A stretch of DNA of 64,000 nt, taken from contig CAVTNB010000001.1 in NCBI GenBank assembly GCA_963736005.1, forward strand, positions 992,001 through 1,056,000, written 5' to 3'. How positions within the stretch are numbered: the stretch's first letter is position 1; each line of letters starts with the position of its first letter. Source of the stretch: an uncultured Pseudomonadota bacterium (GTDB taxonomy: Bacteria > Vulcanimicrobiota > Vulcanimicrobiia > Eremiobacterales > Eremiobacteraceae). Below are positions 1-7,973 of the stretch, in pieces. A model generated the notes under the pieces. It was not told where the DNA came from and ran no database searches. It saw only the letters and a program-made list of their open reading frames with translations. Made by a program: the position numbers and the translations under genes.

Positions 1-1
1 T

Positions 2-940
2 CGCGGAAAACCCAAAACGTTACAGCTCGTCGCCCAAGTGGTCCCCGACACGAACTCGGCGCTGACGATGTTACGCTCTGGACAGCTCGACTGGTCGCTG
101 CAATCGCCCGCGCAGCGCCTCGCATTGGGCCGCAGCCCCAACGTGCGATTCGTCTACGTTCCGTTTTCAGGCTTTGGAGCAATCGCATTCAACTGCCGAA
201 AGTCACCCTTTGACGATGCTCGCCTGCGCATTGCCATCGCGATGGCAATCGATCGCAAACGCTTGAGCGCCGGAATTACCGGCGGCCAGTACGCGGTCGC
301 CGAGAGCGATCAACCGCCATTTGGGTGGGCACACGATCCTTCTGTACGATTGCCAGCATTCGATCCGCAGCGGGCTGACCGAGCGTTGGATTCGCTTGGA
401 TGGCGACGGGATCTGGATGGCATGCGCCGCAGAGGTGGCCGGATGCTCGCCATAACGTTCATGACGTTTCCCGAAAGCGACACAGCCGTGCGCACCGCTG
501 AGTACGTGCAGCAAATGCTGCGCGAGCGCGGCATCGATGTCATCGTAAAGAAAGTGACCTTGGCACAGTTCTACCTGCCTGCGTCCGAGGGCGGCATGCT
601 CTTATCGGGCCGCTTCGATCTCGCCTATGTCGTGTGGCGATCCGGACTCGATCCGGACGACTCCGACCTCGTCACGTGCCGTGGCTCAGCGAACTATTCG
701 GGGTTCTGCGACGGCAAGGTCGATGCACTTGAGATGCGCGCGCTCGCAGTGCAGAACCCTGAGGTTCGGCGTTCCCTTTATTTCCAAGTCCAACAACGTC
801 TCGCGGCGCAGGTTCCCTACGACTTCCTTTACGCGCCGACGTACAGCTACGCCGTGCAGCCCAACGTCGGCGGCTTCCACCCAACCCCGTTCTCGCCCAC
901 GTGGAATGCGTACGATTGGGTAAAAACGAGCGAATTATAG
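2..940 (+). CDS. Peptide/nickel ABC transporter substrate-binding protein (SBP family 5), 5'-truncated by the window edge
   Basis: Frame is open from position 2. Contains IAFNCRKSPFDDARLRIAIAMAIDRK, FDPQRA..LD..GW and NYSGFCDGKVDAL, typical of the OppA/DppA C-terminal half. Confidence 0.9.
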   Translation, partial: RGKPKTLQLVAQVVPDTNSALTMLRSGQLDWSLQSPAQRLALGRSPNVRFVYVPFSGFGAIAFNCRKSPFDDARLRIAIAMAIDRKRLSAGITGGQYAVAESDQPPFGWAHDPSVRLPAFDPQRADRALDSLGWRRDLDGMRRRGGRMLAITFMTFPESDTAVRTAEYVQQMLRERGIDVIVKKVTLAQFYLPASEGGMLLSGRFDLAYVVWRSGLDPDDSDLVTCRGSANYSGFCDGKVDALEMRALAVQNPEVRRSLYFQVQQRLAAQVPYDFLYAPTYSYAVQPNVGGFHPTPFSPTWNAYDWVKTSEL

Positions 941-1210
941 TTTTACAGTCCAGGTTTCGTCGTCGCCTGCTGGCACGAGCAATCCCACGTTGGTCAGCGT
1001 GTCGAAAAGCTCTCGGGTCCGTTTGCGATCGTGCTTGTTTGGCATACCCTGCCACAGCATCGCGGTGCGAGAGATCGTTACGGCACCGTCGCTTGAAAGC
1101 ACGTTGCTTGCGACAAAGTCAACAGTGAAACCAAGCTTTTGGAGGACGCCCATCACGTTGTCAAGCTGATCTTGTGCTATGAGGTAGTCGATGAACTGTT
1201 GCGCGGTCAT
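935..1210 (-). CDS. Hypothetical protein, 91 aa
   Basis: Natural-looking composition, ATG preceded by a TACAAT -10-like hexamer, fills the intergenic space. No recognised domain. Confidence 0.65.
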   Translation of the reverse strand: MTAQQFIDYLIAQDQLDNVMGVLQKLGFTVDFVASNVLSSDGAVTISRTAMLWQGMPNKHDRKRTRELFDTLTNVGLLVPAGDDETWTVKL

Positions 1211-1376
1211 CAGGGACGTATTGTAATCTAGAATGGCTGCTACCTCTGCACATGTGCGTTCCTCGAAGCAAAAAGAGCATCGTATAGCAACTCAGATGAA
1301 ACAAATTGAGGGTTCTGCGATACATATGACCGGACACCTTAAACCACCACAAACACTGCAAGGAGCACAACACATC

Positions 1377-1481
1377 ATGGCGCTCACAAAAGGAGTCCCG
1401 ACGCTGACCGATCATCCGACGATCGTCGTTCCGCCTCTTTCAGACGGACCGTTCCAAGGCTGGGGTACGCGCATCGGCTAA
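1377..1481 (+). CDS. Small peptide, 34 aa (MALTKGVPTLTDHPTIVVPPLSDGPFQGWGTRIG), possible peptide precursor
   Basis: AAGGAG RBS at 1360-1365 in an AC-rich leader, ATG at 1377, terminator hairpin directly after the stop. The ORF track extends it upstream to 1233. Confidence 0.6.
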   Translation: MALTKGVPTLTDHPTIVVPPLSDGPFQGWGTRIG

Positions 1482-1510
1482 CGGTCGGGTCTTCCCGACC
1501 GTTCCTTCTT
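1480..1510. terminator. Intrinsic terminator, possibly bidirectional
   Basis: AACGGTCGGG-tctt-CCCGACCGTT is a perfect 10-bp stem followed by CCTTCTT, lying between convergent genes. Confidence 0.7.
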
Positions 1511-1532
1511 CGGCGCTTCCACAGCGCGCGCG

Positions 1533-2924
1533 TTACGAAGAAGGCTCGCCCAGCAGCTGACGTAGCTGCGTGCGCCGGTAGTCAAAGACCGTTTGCAGAT
1601 CACGGCGCACCATCGGTAAAGCCACATTACTCAGTGGCGCCAAACCCAAAGCATAATCAACTGAATCCCGAACGCTGACTTCTTTTCCCTCAAGCGCGAA
1701 CTCATGCCGATGCCGCCATGCGCGGTAAGGACCGCGCACCGCAATGTCCTCGAATGCCTCTTCCGGCTTCCATTTTGTGATCAGCGTCTTCCATCGTACT
1801 GGGAAGCCTTTGACGTTCATATTGTATTCAATAACTGCGCCGCGTTGCATTTCGATCGGGAGCGGCGTCAGCAGATGGAGCCGGAGTTGCGGCGGGGTGA
1901 GCGATGTTAGGTTCCCTGCGTCAGAGAAAAACGCGAAGACTTTCGATAAAGGAGCATTGACCCGCTCCGCCACTTCGAAATGCTGGAGGCCAGGAGGTCG
2001 TCCGCCGGAGGGATCGATCAAGTCGAGCAGTGTTCGATCGAGTTGTGGGTGCTTCCAGATGAAGCCCGCGTCGTCGGCGACGGCCGGCAGAACTAACTGA
2101 CTTGCGGTCAAGCTGTCGGCGAATTCTCCAAGCGCGACCTTCAACGCGAGCGCGGGCGCCGGCATCAGCGAAGGTCTCCGCATGGCGTAGCCGAGCGCTT
2201 GCGCGAAGCGGCCATTGGTTGCGGGATCTGGAGCGACCGAGTTCACGGCGCCACTGAGGTCCTCGCGATCCAAGGCGAAGAGGAAGAGCGCAACTGCGTC
2301 TTCCAGATGAATCCAGGGCCACCACTGACGGCCTGAGCCCAGCGGGCCGCCGGCGCCGAAGCGAAACGGTGGGAGCATGGCTTCGAGCGCGCCGCCTCCG
2401 CGACCGAGCACAAGACCTTGGCGCAGTCGAACGACGCGCGTGCCAAACTCTTCCGCCACTTGCGCTTCGCGCTCCCAATCGATGCAGACGTGCGCCAAAA
2501 AGTCGGTGCCTGGCACCGAACTTTCTGTTAAAGGTTCATCTTCGCGCGAGCCGTAGTAGCCGCAAGCTGATGAGCTTAAGAGAACCGGTGGTCGTTCTTG
2601 ACATTCCCACATGGCCGTGACAAGATTTCTCGTCGTAACTTCCCGCGAATCGTGGATCTTTTTTTTCTTCTCTTCGCTCCAACGACCGGCAACGGTTTCA
2701 CCGGTGAGATGGATGAGAGCGTCAAGTCCAGCGATAGCTGTGGCAATGTCAGCGATCTTCCCATACGCAAGGTCGAGCCGGCGAATGTCGACCTCTCTTG
2801 GAAAGCACTCTAAGGAGGCAGGATTGCGGACGAAGGCGCGCACAGAATCGCCCCGTTCCGCAAGTGCCGCGACGAGTGCCCGACCGATGAATCCCGAAGC
2901 TCCGGTAACGCCAACTTTCTTCAT
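1533..2924 (-). CDS. TIGR01777-family NAD-dependent epimerase/oxidoreductase fused to a C-terminal SRPBCC domain
   Basis: VTGASGFIG Rossmann motif, DFLAHVCIDWE, GGPLGSGRQWWPWIH. C-terminal VFAFFSDAGNL..LTPP and GPYRAWRHRHEF are SRPBCC-like. Confidence 0.9.
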   Translation of the reverse strand: MKKVGVTGASGFIGRALVAALAERGDSVRAFVRNPASLECFPREVDIRRLDLAYGKIADIATAIAGLDALIHLTGETVAGRWSEEKKKKIHDSREVTTRNLVTAMWECQERPPVLLSSSACGYYGSREDEPLTESSVPGTDFLAHVCIDWEREAQVAEEFGTRVVRLRQGLVLGRGGGALEAMLPPFRFGAGGPLGSGRQWWPWIHLEDAVALFLFALDREDLSGAVNSVAPDPATNGRFAQALGYAMRRPSLMPAPALALKVALGEFADSLTASQLVLPAVADDAGFIWKHPQLDRTLLDLIDPSGGRPPGLQHFEVAERVNAPLSKVFAFFSDAGNLTSLTPPQLRLHLLTPLPIEMQRGAVIEYNMNVKGFPVRWKTLITKWKPEEAFEDIAVRGPYRAWRHRHEFALEGKEVSVRDSVDYALGLAPLSNVALPMVRRDLQTVFDYRRTQLRQLLGEPSS

Positions 2925-2988
2925 CGTTGCTTCTCAAGGTAACGGAATCTAAAGGTCCGCTGCTCCATGTTGCGAGAAATACTCTCCC

Positions 2989-3549
2989 ATGGGCGTTCAA
3001 GTCACTCTAGCTCTTTTCTTTGCCACAAGCGCAGCGCTCGTGCAACTTGCTTCGACCGCATTTTCTCTGACAAGCGGCGCGTTTGCCAACAACCGCACCA
3101 TTCCGCAGGTGTATTCCTATATGGGAAATGGCTGCACGGGCCACAACCTGTCGCCGCCATTGTCCTGGACATCGGGTCCTGCAAATACAAAAAGTTACGC
3201 GCTGACGGTTTTCGATCCCGACGCGCGGCCGGGTGTGGGGTGGTGGCATTGGGTGGTCTTTGACATTCCGGCAAACGTGATGAAGTTGCCGGCCGGTTCC
3301 GGGGCCGGAAGCGACGCTCTCACTCCGAAGGGATCGATTCAGGGAAGAAACGACTTTCAGATCATTGGATGGGGCGGACCATGCCCGCCGCCCGGGTCGC
3401 CTCCCCATCATTACGTTTTCACGCTCTACGCGCTCGATGTTGCACAGCTGTATGGGGTCAGCACGCTCACGAGCGGGCCCACCCTGCTCAAAGCCATGGA
3501 GGGTCACATCCTCGCCAAGACGACCTTGATAGGCCGCTTCGGCAGATAG
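2989..3549 (+). CDS. YbhB/YbcL family (PEBP, Raf kinase inhibitor-like) exported protein
   Basis: Signal peptide, NLSPPLSW, DPDA, WWHWVVFDIP, GPCPP..PHHYVFTLYALD. Confidence 0.93.
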   Translation: MGVQVTLALFFATSAALVQLASTAFSLTSGAFANNRTIPQVYSYMGNGCTGHNLSPPLSWTSGPANTKSYALTVFDPDARPGVGWWHWVVFDIPANVMKLPAGSGAGSDALTPKGSIQGRNDFQIIGWGGPCPPPGSPPHHYVFTLYALDVAQLYGVSTLTSGPTLLKAMEGHILAKTTLIGRFGR

Positions 3550-3553
3550 GATC

Positions 3554-3808
3554 CTAGCGCAGCAAACCCAGATTTGCGAACTCGGCAAGCATCCCATCGA
3601 CGTCGCCGCTGACCGTAACGCGGTCGGCCTCGCTCGCTTGGCAAATCGAATCGACGATATCCGCGGGCGTGCGCTGACCGTCGCACAGCTCGAGGATCTG
3701 ACCGGCCGTCCGGTTGAGAATGTGAACCTTTTGCGCCGAGAGGTGATACACGAGCACTTCTTCCCCAACGGTACGGATTTCGAGGTCGTCAGCTTTGCGA
3801 GGGTTCAC
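3554..3808 (-). CDS. PqqD-family RiPP recognition element (RRE)
   Basis: 84 aa with VGEEVLVYH, HILNRTAGQILELCDGQRT and C-terminal FANLGLL. GTGA overlap with the upstream gene. Confidence 0.92.
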   Translation of the reverse strand: MNPRKADDLEIRTVGEEVLVYHLSAQKVHILNRTAGQILELCDGQRTPADIVDSICQASEADRVTVSGDVDGMLAEFANLGLLR

Positions 3809-4929
3809 GTTCGTGCGACTCCTTGTTGATGGGGCGATTTTTCATCGCCCGATGTTTTCCCCATCGCGCCTGCATAGGCGAGCGCGAAGAGACCCGCGAT
3901 TGCCCGCCCAACGATGCGGCCGAACGAGCGCGCCTGCGGCTGCTCGTCGAGGCCATACCGTGGGTCGAGCAAACGCCAGGCCAGGGGACCCAGACGGCGA
4001 CCGGCGGCGTACCAGCCTTCAGTGAGCTGACAGCGCTGCGAAAAATAGAGGGGCACATCTTCACGCCGGGCGCTCCAATCAAGATACCGTCTTCCTTTTT
4101 GGGTCTGCGGCCACGCAATGCCGGCGATACGCGCCCCGAACGCCAGCGAGCCGCTGAATCGAATGGGATCGATTCGCTCCGCGGCAGCGATCTGCTGCAG
4201 CTCTTGTCTCTCGCTCTCGCCCAGTTTTGCCAGCAGGCGCGCGAGCAGCACGGAATCGCGCAAGCGGTGCAAACCTATCGAGTGCACTGCGAGGTGCAAA
4301 GCTGCTCCAGTGGCATCGAGGCACAACACATTACCGGCTGGGCCCTGCACCCATTCCGCGTGCGATCGCAACGTGTCCCAATCAAACGGAGTCGAGAGGA
4401 GTCCGGGCGGCGCAAGCGAGGTATGCAGCTCGACTGCGAATCCTGGAGTCGGCGGAAAAAGTGGGGCCGCATGATGGTGACGCGCCTTATACCGCTCGCG
4501 TAAGAGGGCATAATTTCGTTCGTCGTACCCCTGTGCGCGCAACGCTGCAACCGCATTTTCGAGCTCGGGCGCTGGAACGAGAATGTCGATATCGGAGCTC
4601 GCGTGCAGAACGAAGCCTGGTTCATCTCGGTATGAACGCGCCGCTCCTTTGAGGAGGGCGAACGGCACGTTGTGGCGCGCCAGCGTCGCCGCAATCGATT
4701 CTATCTGACCTCTCAAGGCAATCGTCAGCATCACGCCCTGCCGCACAAGAGGCTGGAGCACACGGCGAAGGTAATCGGCAGCTTCTCCTGCGGTTTGGAA
4801 CGTGCGCAGAGCTTCCACGAGTGTTGCGGAACACCCATGACGGCGAGCCACCGCAACGAGCGCCGACGGCTCGACCCGGGAGAGCGATCGCTCGAAGCCA
4901 ACGCGATCGCCCTGAACGACCGCGGCCAT
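3805..4929 (-). CDS. Nucleotidyltransferase (NTP_transf_5-like), probably the C-terminal part of a frameshifted S26-peptidase-NTase fusion
   Basis: LLKGAA, SSDIDILV and VELH motifs. The frame stays open upstream of ATG 4929 to at least about 5010 (LAGRRIGRALPWRRERSYLALVDS). Confidence 0.88.
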   Translation of the reverse strand: MAAVVQGDRVGFERSLSRVEPSALVAVARRHGCSATLVEALRTFQTAGEAADYLRRVLQPLVRQGVMLTIALRGQIESIAATLARHNVPFALLKGAARSYRDEPGFVLHASSDIDILVPAPELENAVAALRAQGYDERNYALLRERYKARHHHAAPLFPPTPGFAVELHTSLAPPGLLSTPFDWDTLRSHAEWVQGPAGNVLCLDATGAALHLAVHSIGLHRLRDSVLLARLLAKLGESERQELQQIAAAERIDPIRFSGSLAFGARIAGIAWPQTQKGRRYLDWSARREDVPLYFSQRCQLTEGWYAAGRRLGPLAWRLLDPRYGLDEQPQARSFGRIVGRAIAGLFALAYAGAMGKTSGDEKSPHQQGVART

Positions 4930-4999
4930 CGAATCGACGAGCGCAAGGTACGAGCGCTCGCGACGCCACGGAAGCGCTCTTCCAATTCGGCGTCCAGCA

Positions 5000-5443
5000 A
5001 GCTCGAGCTCGAAATGGCAGCGCGCGCAGAGCTCGAGTGCGGGCGTAGAACGCGCCCCGCATACGAAATATCTTCGTATCGACCCTTACGGCACCCGACC
5101 GGTCGTTTTCAAACACTGCTTTCACTTTGCCGACGAGTACGTTCGGGGCGGGATACTCAGGCGACCACGGCCGGGCGTCACCACATGTTTGCAGCTTGCC
5201 ATCGCGGAGACTGGTGACGCGATGGGCAACGAGCTTCCCGTCACTTTCGAAGACAACGACGTCCCCGACGGCAATTCGTTCGGCAACCGGGGCAAGTTCG
5301 AGCACCATTGGTTCCCGCATGAGCGGCAACATGCTCGAGCCCTGCATGGCGAGTCTCGGGGTGCTTGCCGATCCAAGGAGCAACTTGACCGCAGCGATGG
5401 CCGTCGCTGGATTTTGGATCTTCGATTCTGGACTGAGGCTCAC
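5000..5443 (-). CDS. S24/S26 signal-peptidase-like domain, N-terminal part of a probable fusion with the NTase (frameshift at about 5000-5012)
   Basis: GTG at 5443 overlaps the upstream stop (GTGA). GSSMLP (catalytic Ser), GDVVVF, VAHRV (Ser/His type) and CGDA. The frame becomes non-protein-like after ..RALPFRAR. Confidence 0.8.
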
Positions 5444-6393
5444 GGGCCAGCTACCGCAAACATCGGCTTCTCGCGACGAACGGTCGCAGCGATGAGGAGC
5501 GCGGTATCGTCTGGCGTTCCAAGCGTGAGCGCATAGGCGCGCGCCTGCTGCAGGAGTCCGGCAGCAGCGGCTAAGCGGTCCATTCCGGGCGCCGCTCCAG
5601 AAAAGGATGACTCGAGCAGTCGCTGGAGCGCATCGGGGCGCTCCAGCGGCTCTGCCCTGGGCGTGCGGGATTTTCCGGTAATGAAAAAGATTGACTCCAA
5701 CTTTGCGGGTTTTGGCAACGGACTTGCGCCAAAAACTTCGCAGAACTGAATGCATTCCCAATCTTTGCCCGCGTGCCCGCGCAGCGGGCGGGCCATGACG
5801 TCATCGTCTGGCACCTGTTCTGAGAGCAGCAGGTCGATACCGCCCGCGCGAACATTCATCGCTCGAGGAAATGGATAGACAAGTCCGTCCTTGAGCACGC
5901 ATCGTTCGTCCGTGTAGAGACCCATGCCGCGCCGCGCACATGCAAACGCGGTCGTCGACTTGCCACCGGTCGAAATCGCAGAAATGGCTGCGGCCGAGTT
6001 GCCAACGCTGACAGCGGCGGCATGAAATGATAGCAACGAAGGATGTATCCCAAAAAAACCGCGCCCAGTGACCGCGTCAGCGAGGAACGCCACCACGCCC
6101 GTTCCCCGCAAAACCAGAGGATATCGGAACGCCTCGCCCGGCTCGGTAAAGAAGCATGGTTCTTCGTCATCGCTCGCCACAGCGCAGCTGACAAAGTCCG
6201 GACGGCCGCTGCTCAAGAAACTGCGATAGCGCCAACGAAATGCATCGGCTTCGCCCGGCTGATTAAAATGCGCCGCGATTTTCGTGCCAAACCAATCGAC
6301 CAGCACCACCTCGCGCGCCCGATCGAGCAACGCCTGCCGCTTTGCGGCGTCGAGTTCTATGGCAATGAGGTTAGCGGCCGTTACGATGATCAC
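5440..6393 (-). CDS. HPr kinase-related P-loop kinase B
   Basis: FHAAAV...AISAISTGGKSTT...LYTDE and VYPFPR. Start placed at GTG 6393 by the GTGA overlap with the upstream stop. Confidence 0.82.
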   Translation of the reverse strand: MIIVTAANLIAIELDAAKRQALLDRAREVVLVDWFGTKIAAHFNQPGEADAFRWRYRSFLSSGRPDFVSCAVASDDEEPCFFTEPGEAFRYPLVLRGTGVVAFLADAVTGRGFFGIHPSLLSFHAAAVSVGNSAAAISAISTGGKSTTAFACARRGMGLYTDERCVLKDGLVYPFPRAMNVRAGGIDLLLSEQVPDDDVMARPLRGHAGKDWECIQFCEVFGASPLPKPAKLESIFFITGKSRTPRAEPLERPDALQRLLESSFSGAAPGMDRLAAAAGLLQQARAYALTLGTPDDTALLIAATVRREKPMFAVAGP

Positions 6394-7283
6394 GGCAGCA
6401 GGGCTTCGATTGCGTCGGCGCCATGCTGCGGTGTGCTCGCAACGATCCGGTAGCACGGAATGCCGGCCAACATTTCCGCCGTATCGACAAAACGCTCGAA
6501 GCCTTCGGTATGAGCGTTGAGTCGTTTCGTAAAATCGACAGCCGCAACCGCGGGTGAGACCTGCTCGGTTGTGGTGTTGGTTGAGCTCCGCTCGAGCATG
6601 AAGGCCGCTGTCAGCGGCGCAGGTTCCGCAAACACGTCCTCGCCAAACACGTCGCCGGCATCGATGTTATCCCAAACGCGATCGCCATGCTGCGTGCGCG
6701 GCACAGACGCTTCGCAGACCTGGCGCAAACGCGGATGGTGAAAGACTGAGAGCGTGCGCTCGCGGATGAGCAGCGCCCGGGGCAAGCCCGACACAAACCG
6801 ATCCGCACGGCGTATGAAGGCAAATTCGTCGCTGTAGAAACGTGCACCGCGGGTGAGGAGTTCGAGAGCGAGGGTCGTCTTGCCGATGCCCGACTGAGCA
6901 GAGATCAAGACGGCACAATTGCCGATGCGCAAGGCAGCGGCATACAGCGAGCGCCATGTCGTGTTTTGTCGAAAGCTCAAACGAATGAGCTTGCTGGAAC
7001 CGTAAAACGCTAACCGGAAGTTTGTGGTTGGTCTTTCGTCTGGAAACTCGACTGACTCGCCGTTAAAGTGCAGCCAATCGGCGCCATTGTGTGCCAGGAT
7101 CGAACCGCTGTCGCAGGTTGCGTCAAGCGGATCCGGCAACGGCACGATCGTGCGGCGATACGCCGCGCAAAAGTAGTCTAAAATTTCGGCGGCATCGCTG
7201 CGAACCACGAGCGTGCGCTCGAGTGTCGCAAATGCCTTTTGTTGCATTACGCTCGGGGACGTTGTGGCTGTGCTCGCAAGCAT
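6390..7283 (-). CDS. HPr kinase-related P-loop kinase A
   Basis: LYAAAL...LISAQSGIGKTT...FYSDE and GLPR. ATG 7283 has an AAGGA RBS. Confidence 0.82.
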   Translation of the reverse strand: MLASTATTSPSVMQQKAFATLERTLVVRSDAAEILDYFCAAYRRTIVPLPDPLDATCDSGSILAHNGADWLHFNGESVEFPDERPTTNFRLAFYGSSKLIRLSFRQNTTWRSLYAAALRIGNCAVLISAQSGIGKTTLALELLTRGARFYSDEFAFIRRADRFVSGLPRALLIRERTLSVFHHPRLRQVCEASVPRTQHGDRVWDNIDAGDVFGEDVFAEPAPLTAAFMLERSSTNTTTEQVSPAVAAVDFTKRLNAHTEGFERFVDTAEMLAGIPCYRIVASTPQHGADAIEALLP

Positions 7284-7376
7284 CGCTGCTTCCTTACCAT
7301 AGAAAAGTAGAGCGGCGCTCTCATGGCGGCCGCCCATTCCCTATGTCGCTTGCAAGAACCGAAGAAGGAATGAGAG

Positions 7377-7389
7377 CGCCTCATCGCGC
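7377..7389 (-). promoter_or_regulatory. 13-nt motif GCGCGATGAGGCG, copy 1, upstream of the kinase operon
   Basis: An identical copy in the same orientation lies at 7804-7816, upstream of the precursor gene. Confidence 0.35.
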
Positions 7390-7581
7390 TCGGCCAGCTT
7401 CAGACCAAGAAGATGACCTTTAATGTGTATTGTGCACCTTTTACGGCTCGGCTTCCTAATGGCGTTTTGAGGACGGTATTGGTCCAAAAGACCCTCGCAT
7501 TCGGTGAGGCCTCAGCAACTCTTCCCGCAGCGAGTGGAGCAGATGGAAAACCTCGCCGGGCATTGAGTCAATGGTAGCCGC

Positions 7582-7633
7582 CGCAATAAGAAGGAGCGAG
7601 GGTGCGTGCCTTGGCACGCACCCTCGCTCCTTC
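7582..7633 (-). terminator. Strong hairpin/terminator downstream of the precursor peptide gene
   Basis: Perfect 21-bp inverted repeat (7590-7610 and 7613-7633), followed on the minus strand by TTATT, 25 nt after the peptide stop. Confidence 0.8.
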
Positions 7634-7658
7634 GTCTGCGATCGGTTTCGACGCTGAG

Positions 7659-7766
7659 TTATCTATCCCAGGTGACGTTACTGCCGCCTTCGCACCAGTG
7701 GCCAAGAGCGGTTGCGAGAACGATGTTCGCGTCGAGCGATGCAATGATCTTCGGCGTGCTATACAT
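7659..7766 (-). CDS. Putative RiPP precursor peptide, 35 aa (MYSTPKIIASLDANIVLATALGHWCEGGSNVTWDR)
   Basis: Translated by hand, as it is below the ORF-track cutoff. GAGGAG RBS at 7779-7784 in an AC-rich leader, YxxPxI leader motif, downstream hairpin, same strand as and directly upstream of the RRE operon. Confidence 0.8.
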   Translation of the reverse strand: MYSTPKIIASLDANIVLATALGHWCEGGSNVTWDR

Positions 7767-7803
7767 TGTGGATGTTTTCTCCTCGGAGTTTTTTGTTGTG
7801 GAA

Positions 7804-7816
7804 CGCCTCATCGCGC
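7804..7816 (-). promoter_or_regulatory. 13-nt motif GCGCGATGAGGCG, copy 2, upstream of the precursor
   Basis: Identical to 7377-7389. Confidence 0.35.
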
Positions 7817-7973
7817 CCTTCGCACGGTGTTACCCGATGCTGCATCCCTCGTTCCATGTACGCTCTTTTCTTCCCCAAGAATTTCGATTCGATGTGGTAG
7901 AGACAAAGCCTCACCCCATATGGAAATGGGCCTCGCTCCGGCGCGTTCCTGGGCCGCCGATATTGTATATGAC

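Noticed and set aside
3554..3808. PQQ biosynthesis (pqqD)
   Set aside because: No pqqB, pqqC or pqqE and no ExxxY PqqA peptide in the window; the protein is better read as a generic RRE.
4993..5014. Programmed ribosomal frameshift between the S26 and NTase domains
   Set aside because: No slippery heptamer is visible, and similar +1 indels occur in an unrelated gene, pointing to sequence error.
7456..7563. Minus-strand 35-aa ORF MPGEVFHLLHSLREELLRPH.. as a second precursor
   Set aside because: No RBS, no leader motif, and it starts just past the terminator hairpin.
3554..7766. Canonical lasso peptide cluster
   Set aside because: No asparagine-synthetase-like cyclase or B2 protease in the window, and the adjacent precursor lacks a ring-forming Asp/Glu at positions 7-9.
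7602..7973. N-terminal extension of the ABC ATPase shown in the ORF track
   Set aside because: Not protein-like, begins inside the hairpin and runs antisense to the precursor gene; ATG 7974 fits the family start.
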